From assembly GCA_020349965.1 (NCBI GenBank), contig CP070705.1, forward strand, positions 2,134,905 to 2,171,599: a stretch of DNA of 36,695 bases, read 5' to 3'. Positions 9,420 to 19,060 of the stretch are shown in pieces. Source of the stretch: a candidate division WOR-3 bacterium. Lineage in GTDB: Bacteria; Hydrothermota; Tepidihabitantia; SM23-42. The position numbers and the translations under genes are program-made. Positions within the stretch are counted from its first letter, which is position 1, and every line of letters begins with the position of its first letter. The notes beneath the pieces were generated by a model. That model ran no database searches. It saw nothing but the letters and a program-made list of their open reading frames with translations, and was not told the DNA's origin.

Positions 9420-10895
9420 TCACATTACTACAACTTTGTAATCACCTTCGTTGAACGCATAATCGGCTTTGATTCGCAGGATGAGATTGTGAGTCCTGGC
9501 GATCTTGGCGATCGTATCTGCATGTCGAAGGCTCAGGTAATCAGCAAGACGCGGGGATGCTTGTAGTTCAACCATCTTGCCTTTGATGTTGGCCCCATTT
9601 GCCATGAACCATCGCTCGATATAACCAACTGCGCTCAGGCGCGAGATCGTTCTGCCCCGGCCTTTGCATATCGGGCATGTTTCACTGAGACTCGAAGTAA
9701 TACTCGTCCTCGATCTTTCGCGTGTGAATTCCAGAAGGCCGAACTCACTGATTCCACCAATACGGTAGCGGGCTTTGTCTTCGCGGATCATCGATTTGAA
9801 TTCCCTCAACATGCGGTCGGTGTTCTCCCTCTTTGTGAGATCGATGAGATCGACGATGACAAGTCCTCCGATATCCCGCAGGCGCAATTGCCGAACGATT
9901 TCTTTGAGCGCTTCGAGGTTAGTCGACAAGGCAAGCTTCTCTGCCTGTTTTTCTTTGGACGACTTACCAGTATTGACGTCGATTGTTACGAGCGCTTCCG
10001 TCTGATCGATAACGATATATCCGCCGCTGGGCAGCCACATCTTTCTTTCGAGGATGCTCTTTAACTTCTCCTCGACGCCGTAGCGTTCGAAAATCGGTTG
10101 AGAATCCCTGTAGAGTTTCACACGCGAACGCATGCGTGGTGACACTTTACCGAGGTAGGCGATGATTTTGCTGTATGCGGGAGGTGAATCAACGACCAGG
10201 TTTCTCACTTCGTTGTTGAAGATATCGCGCACGGTCTGGATGAGTGCATCTGGCTCCTGGTACACGAGGACCGGCGCGGGGTTCTTCGTCTTCTCGAGGT
10301 TCCTGTTCCATTCACGCTTGAGAACCTCGACTTCCCTTCTGATCTCTTCGGGTTTTGCACGGGCGGCGGCTGTTCTGATGATCAACCCCATGCCGACCGG
10401 CTTGGCGTGTTTGCCGGTTCTGAAAAGCATTTCGCGGACGCGTCGCTGTCGGACCTTACGGGAGATCCCGATGTTCTTTGCATTAATGAGCAGTACTACA
10501 TAGCGTCCAGGAATGGATATGTATGAAGTGATGCGTGGCCCCTTGATCCCGTATGAATCCTTGGTTACCTGGACGATTATTTCCTGGTTCTCTTTGAGCT
10601 TTATTTCTTCAGGGCGGTATTCGTGCTCCATTTCAATTTCGCTTTCGAAGAGTTCGGAAAATTCCTCGAAGGGTATTTCGTTGAGGGGAAGGAATCCATT
10701 CTTCTCGATGCCGATGTTTACAAACGCGGCCTTCAGTCCTGAAATAAGGTTAAGGACTTTGCCTTTGTAGATGTTGCCGACAAGGCTTGTCTGTTCGGCC
10801 CGTTCGAGGAAGAACTCGACGAAATTGCCATTTTCCATCACTGCAATTCTGGTCTCATTATCTGAAACGTTTACGATGATATCTTTTCTTCTCAC
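9420..10895 (-). CDS. rng: Ribonuclease G/E family
   Basis: S1 domain VGNIYKGKV...AAFVNIG, then IDQTEALVTIDVNTG, RQLRLRDIGG and the CPICKGRG Zn-link; GTG start overlaps the upstream TGA. Confidence 0.95.
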   Translation of the reverse strand: MRRKDIIVNVSDNETRIAVMENGNFVEFFLERAEQTSLVGNIYKGKVLNLISGLKAAFVNIGIEKNGFLPLNEIPFEEFSELFESEIEMEHEYRPEEIKLKENQEIIVQVTKDSYGIKGPRITSYISIPGRYVVLLINAKNIGISRKVRQRRVREMLFRTGKHAKPVGMGLIIRTAAARAKPEEIRREVEVLKREWNRNLEKTKNPAPVLVYQEPDALIQTVRDIFNNEVRNLVVDSPPAYSKIIAYLGKVSPRMRSRVKLYRDSQPIFERYGVEEKLKSILERKMWLPSGGYIVIDQTEALVTIDVNTGKSSKEKQAEKLALSTNLEALKEIVRQLRLRDIGGLVIVDLIDLTKRENTDRMLREFKSMIREDKARYRIGGISEFGLLEFTRERSRTSITSSLSETCPICKGRGRTISRLSAVGYIERWFMANGANIKGKMVELQASPRLADYLSLRHADTIAKIARTHNLILRIKADYAFNEGDYKVVVM

Positions 10896-13318
10896 TTGAC
10901 CTCCATTGGAGAAAGTAATTGACCTTCTTTCTCTATGAACATTGTTGTTCTCGTTACTTTGAATCTTTTTGCCTGCGCCATTGGCAGGTCAGTCAGGTAG
11001 GCAAGGAGATCGTAGATGCCGATCTGCCCCTTGCCGTAGTAGAGCCCGCAGGTAAAGACGCCATTGTATGTCATTGATTCGATTCCGTTCACAATATTCT
11101 TCTTTCCGGTCCGGGTATCGACATAGATCGGATCCCGGGATGTCGGGTCGATCTCTTGTCGTATGTCGCCGCTCTGGACGTTGACCTCGTAATATATCAA
11201 GTTTATCGAAACCGATAGTGATGGTGTCTTAGGATCGATGGCGCGTATGTCGAGTACCCTTATACCGGATGGCAGACGGGTGTTCAATTCTCTTGAGATA
11301 TTACCGAAATACTCGGTTCTCAGGTAGAGATCGAAGAAATCACCCTTTGATATCTGCCCGACACTCTTCGGCGGGCAGAAAGAGACTTTAGGAATCGGTG
11401 AGAATCCCTGAGAATATTTGATTGGCAGGGCTGATCGGCGTAAGGCACGATAGATAGTTCTGGTTATGTCCAGGTGTGATGCATAGCGGAAGGTTTCGCC
11501 GACCGAATATTTCACACGGTATGCCCCGTGCTGGTCGCGTGCTGTCCGATCGGGGGTGTTATTCTGATATTTCTCCGGGCTCTCTTTATGAATCGGCCGA
11601 TTTCCATCACACGCCCCGCACTTCACACACTTTCTGTAATAGCAGTTATCCGTCGTCACAGCGAGACGTGCTCTCTGGAATTCTTTATCCAGGAAGGTCT
11701 TATCGACTCCTACCTTAACAATGTCCCAGGGGTACTTCTCCTTGGACGACAAATATTCCTGCGGGTCTATCCCATGTTCGCTGAGGGCTTCTTGCCAGCG
11801 CGTGAAGTTGAAACCCTCGCGCCATTCCTCGAATTTGCCGCCGGATTTGTAAACTGTCTCTATGACGTCGAATATTCTTTCGTCCGCTCTCGAAAGAATC
11901 GCTTCAATGCGCGAGGCCTCAGGGGACTGGTACTTTATTTCCCGGCGGCGCGTCTTTGCGTTTTTGATCTTTTCGATCTTAGCATGAAGCTCTGCGAGGG
12001 GCGCGAACTCGACCGATTCGAATGGGGTGTGGGGTTTTGGTACAAAAGCATTTAGTGACAATTTGATGCTTCCCTTGGGGCATGCTTTCAATATCGCATC
12101 GCTCAGCCGGTTTATTTCGTCGATGTCGCTGTCGGTTTCAAATGGCAAGCCGATCATGAAGTACAGTTTTACCTGCCTCCAGCCTAAACGATATGCCGTG
12201 CTGATCGACGAAATGAGGCGTTCGTTTGAGAAAGATTTGTTTAATCTGCGCCGGAGTTCGTCATTCGCTGTCTCGGGAGCAAAAGTCAAACCACTCTTCT
12301 TAATCTCCTTCATTAACATTGCGAGGTCTTCGGTGAAGAGTTCGCCACGCATTGCCGGAAGTGATATGCTGACGACCTTCTTTCTGAGTATATCGTTGAG
12401 TTTGCGGATAAGATTGAGCAGGTCGGGGTAGTCAAGGATGGAGAAGGATAGAAGCGAGACTTCCTCCCACCCGGTTTGTCGTATGCCTTTTTCCACAGCC
12501 TTTAATATTTCCGATTCATGCCTTATGCGTAGCGGACGATTAACGTACCCCGCTTGGCAGAAACGACAACCCCACGTGCAACCGCGCATCGCCTCAATCA
12601 CGTAGCGGTCATGTGTGATGTCGCATATCGGCAGAATAGGCGGGAGTGGTAGGGAATTTTCATCGAGTTCGCTTGCCGTTAGCCTTTGTATTCTTGTATC
12701 GTAACCGTGGATCTGCGGCACCCAGACGCCACATACCTTCGACATAGCGCTGAGGCGATCGTCTTTTCGATCGATCGGTATATCTTTGAGGATCCTGGTA
12801 ATTTCCCCGACAACTGGTTCGCCATCACCTATGACAAATGCATCGAAGACCAGAGACATCGGTCTGGGATTCACTGTTGCGGGTCCGCCGGCAATGACAA
12901 TCGGATGGTGAGATTTACGATCGGCGGCACGGAAAGGTATTCTTGCCAGATCGAGAACGTACAATACCGTAGTGTAGCATAATTCGTTCTGCAGAGAGAA
13001 TCCCAGTATGTCAAAATCATTTAGCGATCGTTTTGTCTCGAGGCCATAGGGGGCGATGTCGTATTCTCTCAGTCTGTCTCCATAGTCTGTCCAGGGAGCG
13101 AAGATCCTTTCGCATTGTACGTCTCGTTCGCGGTTGAACAGGTGGTATATGATCTTGAGCCCGAGGTTGGACATTCCCAATTCATAGATCTCCGGGAATA
13201 TGAGGCCGACGTGTATCTTAGGATTCTTCTTAAGTGTGATATTATATTCGCCGCCGGTATAGCGAACGGGCTTCCTTACCAGCGGCAGGATGTCATCGAG
13301 AATTGCTGGAGCGTTCAA
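10892..13318 (-). CDS. TIGR03960-family radical SAM protein fused to a DUF2344 (TIGR03936) domain
   Basis: RGCTWGCRFCQAG (CxxxCxxC), KPVRYTGGE, TFAPET and PKPHTPF; C-terminal SHLD...YSQGFSPIPK domain; next to rng, as is common for this family. Confidence 0.9.
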   Translation of the reverse strand: MNAPAILDDILPLVRKPVRYTGGEYNITLKKNPKIHVGLIFPEIYELGMSNLGLKIIYHLFNRERDVQCERIFAPWTDYGDRLREYDIAPYGLETKRSLNDFDILGFSLQNELCYTTVLYVLDLARIPFRAADRKSHHPIVIAGGPATVNPRPMSLVFDAFVIGDGEPVVGEITRILKDIPIDRKDDRLSAMSKVCGVWVPQIHGYDTRIQRLTASELDENSLPLPPILPICDITHDRYVIEAMRGCTWGCRFCQAGYVNRPLRIRHESEILKAVEKGIRQTGWEEVSLLSFSILDYPDLLNLIRKLNDILRKKVVSISLPAMRGELFTEDLAMLMKEIKKSGLTFAPETANDELRRRLNKSFSNERLISSISTAYRLGWRQVKLYFMIGLPFETDSDIDEINRLSDAILKACPKGSIKLSLNAFVPKPHTPFESVEFAPLAELHAKIEKIKNAKTRRREIKYQSPEASRIEAILSRADERIFDVIETVYKSGGKFEEWREGFNFTRWQEALSEHGIDPQEYLSSKEKYPWDIVKVGVDKTFLDKEFQRARLAVTTDNCYYRKCVKCGACDGNRPIHKESPEKYQNNTPDRTARDQHGAYRVKYSVGETFRYASHLDITRTIYRALRRSALPIKYSQGFSPIPKVSFCPPKSVGQISKGDFFDLYLRTEYFGNISRELNTRLPSGIRVLDIRAIDPKTPSLSVSINLIYYEVNVQSGDIRQEIDPTSRDPIYVDTRTGKKNIVNGIESMTYNGVFTCGLYYGKGQIGIYDLLAYLTDLPMAQAKRFKVTRTTMFIEKEGQLLSPMEVK

Positions 13319-13356
13319 GGAAAGTCACCCGGATCAACTGATCAATCTTTAATCCC

Positions 13357-13890
13357 CTAAAACAATTCGTAACCACGGTCCAGTGCTCTATCATTGAGCG
13401 AAAGCTGATCGTCGCTCGCCCTGCTGAACCTCTTGCGCTGTGCCCTCTTAAGGGTTTCGAGTTTGAGGATGGTCGTCTTCTTTATCATGGCGCCGAGCAT
13501 GACCATATTGGCAATACGGCCCTGGCCGAGTTCTTCAGCGATTGCATTGGCCTCGACGGGGATGATGGTGATTTCTTCTCTTTTCGGGACCGATTTGATC
13601 AGAGTTTTGTTATAAAATAAAAGGCCATTCGGTTTCAGGGTAGGTTCGAAACGCGTCAGAGATGGTTCATTCATGACGATTACGATGTCAGGCGTTGCTA
13701 CAATGGGCGACGCGACGGGTTCTGTCGATATCACCACAGAGCAATTTGCCGTACCGCCGCGCATTTCTGCTCCGTACGAAGGGAAAAAAGTGACGTTTTT
13801 GCTTTCGTATAATCCGGCATGGCTCAGGATAATGCCCGAGGAGACGATCCCCTGTCCGCCGAACCCGGAAATGATGATCTCCGTGGTCAT
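13357..13890 (-). CDS. 2-oxoacid:ferredoxin oxidoreductase gamma subunit
   Basis: MTTEIIISGFGGQG, PSYGAEMRGGTA and ANMVMLGA; ATG at 13890 with SD GGAGG overlaps the beta-subunit stop. Confidence 0.93.
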   Translation of the reverse strand: MTTEIIISGFGGQGIVSSGIILSHAGLYESKNVTFFPSYGAEMRGGTANCSVVISTEPVASPIVATPDIVIVMNEPSLTRFEPTLKPNGLLFYNKTLIKSVPKREEITIIPVEANAIAEELGQGRIANMVMLGAMIKKTTILKLETLKRAQRKRFSRASDDQLSLNDRALDRGYELF

Positions 13891-14636
13891 TTTTCCTCCT
13901 TTGCGCGATTCCGGTATTCGCCGAGCGGGTAGTACTTGACCATGGTATTCTCGATCCATTTCTTCGACTGTACTGGCGTCATCCCCCAGTTGGTGGGGCA
14001 CATTGACAGTATTTCAACCATGGAGAACCCTTTCTCTTCGATCTGGTACGTAAATGCAGTCTTCAAGGCTTTCTCTGTGTTGATGATATTCTTAGGTGCG
14101 TTTACCGCGGTCCGGGCAAGGTAGTATGGTCCGTCGAGTCCAGAAAGGAGTTCGCATACCTTGATCGGGTATCCTTGCTTCTTTATGTCTCGGCCCTGGA
14201 CCGACGTCGTTGATTTCATTCCAGGAAGGGTGGTCGGTGCCAGTTGGCCGCCTGTCATGCCGAAAATGGCATTGTTGATGAAGATGATGGTAATGTTCTC
14301 GTTGCGTGCCGCCGCGTGGACGACCTCGGCCGTACCGATCGCTGCGAGATCGCCGTCGCCCTGGTAACTGAATACGATACAATCCGGTCGCGAACGCTTT
14401 ATCCCGGTAGAAACCGCCGGACCGCGTCCATGGGGAGGTTGAATCATATCGCAGTTGAAATATTCGTCGGCGAATACGGAACAACCTACTGGTGCGATGC
14501 CGATCGTTCGTTCCCGGATATTCAGTTTAACCAGGAGTTCGCCGATTATCCGGTGGACAACGCCGTGGCCGCATCCGGGGCAGTATCTCTGCAAGATGTC
14601 AGTTAGCCCTGCTGGTCTGCCGAAAAGCTGTTTCAT
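13887..14636 (-). CDS. 2-oxoacid:ferredoxin oxidoreductase beta (TPP-binding) subunit
   Basis: YCPGCGHG, YQGDGDLAAIG, NNAIFGMTGGQ and CPTNW. Confidence 0.95.
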   Translation of the reverse strand: MKQLFGRPAGLTDILQRYCPGCGHGVVHRIIGELLVKLNIRERTIGIAPVGCSVFADEYFNCDMIQPPHGRGPAVSTGIKRSRPDCIVFSYQGDGDLAAIGTAEVVHAAARNENITIIFINNAIFGMTGGQLAPTTLPGMKSTTSVQGRDIKKQGYPIKVCELLSGLDGPYYLARTAVNAPKNIINTEKALKTAFTYQIEEKGFSMVEILSMCPTNWGMTPVQSKKWIENTMVKYYPLGEYRNRAKEEK

Positions 14637-15700
14637 CGTGCACCTCCGAGAATTGTTTCGATCTTGCCAAATACCTCCGGAGGTGTCGGAACACCACCGC
14701 CTGGTCTTCCATGGAAGAATACCTTCTTCTTACATTCAGTGGCCAGCCTAACGTCGTCGACCATTTGCCCCATGTTCATTTCGACGACGAGGAAATGCTC
14801 GGTCTTCTTTGAAAGAGCAGAGAGTATTTTGCTTGGATATGGCCAGAGCGTAATGGGCCGCAATAGCCCGACTCTGTATCCCTTGGTGCGTGCCATCCTC
14901 GCTGCAGCATCGCATACCCGTGCACATGTGCCGTAGGCGACGATGATCAATTCTGCATCATCGCATGCCGTAGCTTCGAATCTCTGCTCGTTGGCGACGA
15001 TCTGCTCGTATTTCTTCTGGCGCTGCCAATTCCACGCCTCGAGTTTGCCAGGTCTAAGATCGTATGAACGTACGATTCGCCTTTCTCTATTCTTACATCC
15101 GCTTAGGGCATATGGCGGTTCTGGCAGGGTTTCAGGATTAATGGGTTTGTACGAGAATTCGACTGGCTCCATCATCTGTCCGAGCAGACCGTCGGCAAGG
15201 ATCAATGCGGGGTTCCGGTATTTCTCGGCCAGTTCGAACGCAATCTTTGGGAATTCATACAATTCTTGTGCCGAATTAGGTGCAAGGGTGATCGTGAAAT
15301 AATCACCGTGTCCACCACCCTTTGTTGCTTGGAAATAATCAGACTGCGCCGGCGCGATATTGCCCAACCCAGGCCCTCCGCGGACGACATTCACGACGAG
15401 GACAGGGATGTCGGCACCGGCAATGTAAGAAATACCTTCCTGCATCAAGCTGATTCCCGGTGACGAAGAAGACGTCATTGCTCGTTTCCCGGCCGCGGCG
15501 GCACCAAAGAGCATGTTTATCGCAGCTATTTCGCTTTCGGTCTGTATGAAAACGCCACCGATTTCATTCATCCGGATCGACATGAATTCAGGTATTTCGT
15601 TCTGCGGCGTGATGGGATACCCGGCAAAAAAGCGGCAGCCGGCCGCCAGTACGCCCTCGACTATTGCATGATTACCGTACATTAGCTTCTTCTCTGCCAT
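14633..15700 (-). CDS. vorB: 2-oxoacid (3-methyl-2-oxobutanoate-type) ferredoxin oxidoreductase alpha subunit
   Basis: GYPITPQNE, QTESEIAA, TSSSSPGISL, GGPGLGNI and GGGHGDY; ATG at 15700 after SD GAGGAG. Confidence 0.9.
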   Translation of the reverse strand: MAEKKLMYGNHAIVEGVLAAGCRFFAGYPITPQNEIPEFMSIRMNEIGGVFIQTESEIAAINMLFGAAAAGKRAMTSSSSPGISLMQEGISYIAGADIPVLVVNVVRGGPGLGNIAPAQSDYFQATKGGGHGDYFTITLAPNSAQELYEFPKIAFELAEKYRNPALILADGLLGQMMEPVEFSYKPINPETLPEPPYALSGCKNRERRIVRSYDLRPGKLEAWNWQRQKKYEQIVANEQRFEATACDDAELIIVAYGTCARVCDAAARMARTKGYRVGLLRPITLWPYPSKILSALSKKTEHFLVVEMNMGQMVDDVRLATECKKKVFFHGRPGGGVPTPPEVFGKIETILGGAR

Positions 15701-15710
15701 CGCATCTCCT

Positions 15711-15920
15711 CTACTTGTATATCTCGATTGCTGGTTCGGGGCAAATCTTGAAGCAGTAGCCGCAACCAATGCATTTGCTGTTATCCGTTACTTCGGCAGG
15801 GTGGTAACCACTGGGATTGATCCTGTCCGGAGAAAGGATCAAGATATTCGCCGGACATACTTCGTCGCAACACAACCCACAACCCTTACAAACTTCCTCT
15901 AAAATCTTGACTTGAGGCAT
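15711..15920 (-). CDS. 2[4Fe-4S] ferredoxin-like delta subunit
   Basis: CKGCGLCCDEVCP and CIGCGYCFKICP; SD GGAGGA. Confidence 0.92.
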   Translation of the reverse strand: MPQVKILEEVCKGCGLCCDEVCPANILILSPDRINPSGYHPAEVTDNSKCIGCGYCFKICPEPAIEIYK

Positions 15921-15991
15921 CAAGTCCTCCTTTCTGGCGTTTGATTTGTTGCAATTGACTGCTCATGAAAAGAGATAATTAATCTATGGTA

Positions 15992-16019
15992 ATTATAGTC
16001 AAGAAATGCAATAAGTCAA
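15992..16019 (-). promoter_or_regulatory. Sigma70-type promoter of the oxidoreductase operon
   Basis: TTGACT-16 nt-TATAAT. Confidence 0.65.
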
Positions 16020-16089
16020 GGAAAGGGCTCGAAAAATGGTGTCTATCCATATTTTCGGCAATGGTCTGAACTTAAGTGTCGATTGAGTA

Positions 16090-16117
16090 TTGACAACTAT
16101 TCAATCTCCCCTATAAT
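16090..16117 (+). promoter_or_regulatory. Sigma70-type promoter, probably leaderless
   Basis: TTGACA-16 nt-TATAAT, ending 6 nt before the ATG at 16124. Confidence 0.7.
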
Positions 16118-16123
16118 TCACCA

Positions 16124-17848
16124 ATGCTGGGGGTCATACTTATCCTTGTATGTCAATTCAACGCACACTATCAAGATTTTCTAGAATCAGGAAGGAGCGA
16201 GGAACTTTTCATTGGTCTGACTCAGGGGCGTTACGAAATAGCGGAATTCGCGGGTGACCCGATCGTGCTATGGTTCTGGCGCAACGCTGCGAAAGATCCG
16301 CAGGCCGACTCATTACTCGCGCGTGCCAGCATGAGGCGGAATTTCCATCTATCAGCGGTCTTGAGATGGGAGGCAAGAGATTCTGGCGATTATGATGTCG
16401 CAATGAACAAACTCCATCTCGCCAGCCATTTCGACACATCGGCGATAGAAAATTATGTGTCGTTCATCGCCCTTGCGGTAAAGGAACGGAGGGTCGATCC
16501 CTTGATTGCGGCCCTATCGCTCCCTGTTTTCAGCGATCTCAGAGGACAGCTATTTCTCATTGCGAACGCCATCGTATTGATCTTCCTCGCGATGTTCATG
16601 TGCACACTCGTGTATGTCATAGCCAAGACCGTATACTATCTGCCGCTGTTCAGCCATCGCATCGATCCCCAGGGACACGGTAAGCTTAAGGGGGTCGTCG
16701 GCCTTGCGATAATGATATTGCCGGTACTTGTTTTCCGTAATCTCTTCCCGATTTTAGTCAGCTATGGAGCGCTGCTTATGTTCGTTCTGAGCACGCGGGA
16801 GCGTAACTGGTTAAGGGTCCTGTTTGTGCTGTTAATTCTCGGGTACGTTTTCTCTCTGCCGCTACATAACCTGGTTAATTTCCTTACCAAGAACTCGAGG
16901 ATTCACCAACTCTACGAGATGGTGTACTACGACAACGATGTTACCATCGAAGCTGAGAATGACACCGAGAAAATCTTATCTGCGTATGCCCTAAAGCAAA
17001 AAGGTGAACTCGACAAGGCAATGTCTTTGTATGAGGAAATGTATTATAAAGGGCACCGGGAGATTGCGGTCGTGAACAACCTCGCCAACATCTACATGTT
17101 GTATGGCGAAGAGGCGAGAGCGGAGACACTCTACCACTACGTAATGCGGGCCGCTGACCGTGGTGAACCGTTTTTCAACATGGGCTTGCTTAAATTGAAG
17201 AATCTCGAATATAGCGAATCATCGAGATATATGGCAGAAGCGCGCCGGAAAGGGCTGTCGTCTCCGTCGAATGTACCTTTGGACATTATGCCGTCCATTC
17301 GTGAATACTATGAAATACTGCTATCTGAACGCATAGACATATTCAACAGCGTTAATCCCTTATTTTTCTTCACCTTTGCATTAATGTTTGCACTCACGTT
17401 TCTGCCATTCAGGTTCTCTTCACCTTACTATTGTGGGGCTTGCGGCCGAGCGATTTGTCAAAAATGCAAGGAGGAAAATGATGGTGAGACTATGTGCAAG
17501 GATTGCTTTACTAGATTGAAGTCGACAGAAAATGTGGAGATGGAAGCAATACTTAAGCACTCAGTGAATAAGCGCCGTCACCGCATGCGTTCAGTCATTG
17601 CTTATGTTATAAATATCATCGTGCCTGGGTCCGGATTGATCTACACCAATAGGAATCTTGTCGGGCTTCTGATAGTTTACGTCGTAATGCTCGCCTACAC
17701 TCCGCTGTTGATGTCAGAATTCTTTGTCAAGCCCGCAGGTTGGGTTAGCCTTCCGATGACGCCGATCTTTGTGGCGGTCGCTGTCATAGTTGCAGGGTTT
17801 GCGTATATTTATACCTTCTTGTCACTCAGGGGTTATCATGGCAATTGA
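16124..17848 (+). CDS. Multi-pass membrane protein with TPR repeats and a Cys-rich zinc-finger-like segment
   Basis: 574 aa; TM clusters, TPR-like AVVNNLANIY and PFFNMG segments, CGACGRAICQKC...MCKDC, and IIVPGSGLIY. Confidence 0.8.
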   Translation: MLGVILILVCQFNAHYQDFLESGRSEELFIGLTQGRYEIAEFAGDPIVLWFWRNAAKDPQADSLLARASMRRNFHLSAVLRWEARDSGDYDVAMNKLHLASHFDTSAIENYVSFIALAVKERRVDPLIAALSLPVFSDLRGQLFLIANAIVLIFLAMFMCTLVYVIAKTVYYLPLFSHRIDPQGHGKLKGVVGLAIMILPVLVFRNLFPILVSYGALLMFVLSTRERNWLRVLFVLLILGYVFSLPLHNLVNFLTKNSRIHQLYEMVYYDNDVTIEAENDTEKILSAYALKQKGELDKAMSLYEEMYYKGHREIAVVNNLANIYMLYGEEARAETLYHYVMRAADRGEPFFNMGLLKLKNLEYSESSRYMAEARRKGLSSPSNVPLDIMPSIREYYEILLSERIDIFNSVNPLFFFTFALMFALTFLPFRFSSPYYCGACGRAICQKCKEENDGETMCKDCFTRLKSTENVEMEAILKHSVNKRRHRMRSVIAYVINIIVPGSGLIYTNRNLVGLLIVYVVMLAYTPLLMSEFFVKPAGWVSLPMTPIFVAVAVIVAGFAYIYTFLSLRGYHGN

Positions 17849-18797
17849 AGGCGATCTTAAGAGCCTGAATATATCGAGCGTTTTGCAGCTCATTTCGAGC
17901 GAACACCTCACGGGGGTACTCAAGATCAGGAAGCATCCAGAGGTTGCCGATGTCGGCTTTGTGGATGGAGATGTCGCCGGTGCCTTTTTTGAGGTCGGGG
18001 AGCGTGTAGAAAGTCTAGAAACATACTTGGTTAAGTCGGGGATGATCGGCAAGAACCTGTTTGATATGATCGTGGACATTCATCATGAGACGAAAAGACC
18101 GATTATCAGTATCATCATTGAGGATAAATATCTGACGATCGAAGAAATTGAAAGAACGATAAAATTCAAAATACAGGAAGTGATGGATGAACTGTTCACA
18201 TGGAAAGAGGGTGATTTCAAGTTCAATGAGGGTGCACTGATCTACCCTAAGAGTGTTATTAAGGTTAGAATGCATACTGAAGGTCTGATTCTAGAATCGG
18301 CACGACGGCTAGATGAATGGCCGAGGATATCCAAGGCGATATCATCAGGAGATATCGTGTTTAAACGAATCGATCGTCCGGAATTGAAGCTTCAGCTAAA
18401 AGAAGACGAGGCCCGTGTTCTTTCGCTGATCGACGAAAGGCGAAGCGTCGACGACCTCCTACAGATATCTGGACTCGGCAAATTCCATACATACGCTTGT
18501 CTCTACCATTTGCAGTCAACTGGACAGATTGAGGTTGCCTACGCAAAACCGTCGGTGAAGAAAGAGCAAAAGACGGTCGTATCGATGAAATCGTTCAACG
18601 CGAGCATCACCGGTGCCTTGGCCATGGGTATTCTGGTCGCCGGATTCGTGGCCGGCATGTTTGTGTCAAGGCTGCGTGTGTTTTCCGTGGACTGGTGTTG
18701 CGTAGAAGAACATGAAGAAGATGGCGATCATAGTAAGATCTTCTTCTACAAGCATCAACGCCAGCCTTCTTCCCAAGAACTCAATGATTTGTTCTGA
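17838..18797 (+). CDS. DUF4388 domain protein with a C-terminal membrane anchor
   Basis: MAIEGDLKSLNISSVLQLI...TGVL, LFTWKEGDFKF and LILESARRLDEW; overlaps the end of the upstream gene. Confidence 0.85.
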   Translation: MAIEGDLKSLNISSVLQLISSEHLTGVLKIRKHPEVADVGFVDGDVAGAFFEVGERVESLETYLVKSGMIGKNLFDMIVDIHHETKRPIISIIIEDKYLTIEEIERTIKFKIQEVMDELFTWKEGDFKFNEGALIYPKSVIKVRMHTEGLILESARRLDEWPRISKAISSGDIVFKRIDRPELKLQLKEDEARVLSLIDERRSVDDLLQISGLGKFHTYACLYHLQSTGQIEVAYAKPSVKKEQKTVVSMKSFNASITGALAMGILVAGFVAGMFVSRLRVFSVDWCCVEEHEEDGDHSKIFFYKHQRQPSSQELNDLF

Positions 18798-18822
18798 AGA
18801 TTAACCTAAATAGTACGCGTTA

Positions 18823-19020
18823 TTACGTAGTCGGTTTGTGTTTTGGTTTACCAAGGTCGTAGGTGAACTGACTGAGTGTATACAATTGCATCAATTCTTC
18901 GTAGGAGAAAGTGGTTTTACACTTAGGACAAATATAGAATTCCTCATCGGTAACAATGAGGTTTATATAATTCGAAGTGAACAAACATACCGGACACAAC
19001 ACGTTGTCGATAGTCGCCAT
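18823..19020 (-). CDS. Small zinc-ribbon protein (65 aa)
   Basis: CPVC and CPKC pairs; fills an intergenic gap and has a consensus promoter immediately upstream. Confidence 0.7.
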   Translation of the reverse strand: MATIDNVLCPVCLFTSNYINLIVTDEEFYICPKCKTTFSYEELMQLYTLSQFTYDLGKPKHKPTT

Positions 19021-19025
19021 TGTGT

Positions 19026-19053
19026 ATTATATATAATGAATGGGGCTTGTCAA
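19026..19053 (-). promoter_or_regulatory. Sigma70-type promoter, probably leaderless
   Basis: TTGACA-16 nt-TATAAT, ending 5 nt before the ATG at 19020. Confidence 0.7.
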
Positions 19054-19060
19054 CCGCCCC

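Noticed and set aside
13891-14001. N-terminal extension of the gamma subunit ORF (and 15701-15769 for the alpha subunit)
   Set aside because: Both overlap upstream genes; downstream ATGs have good SD sequences and match family N-termini.
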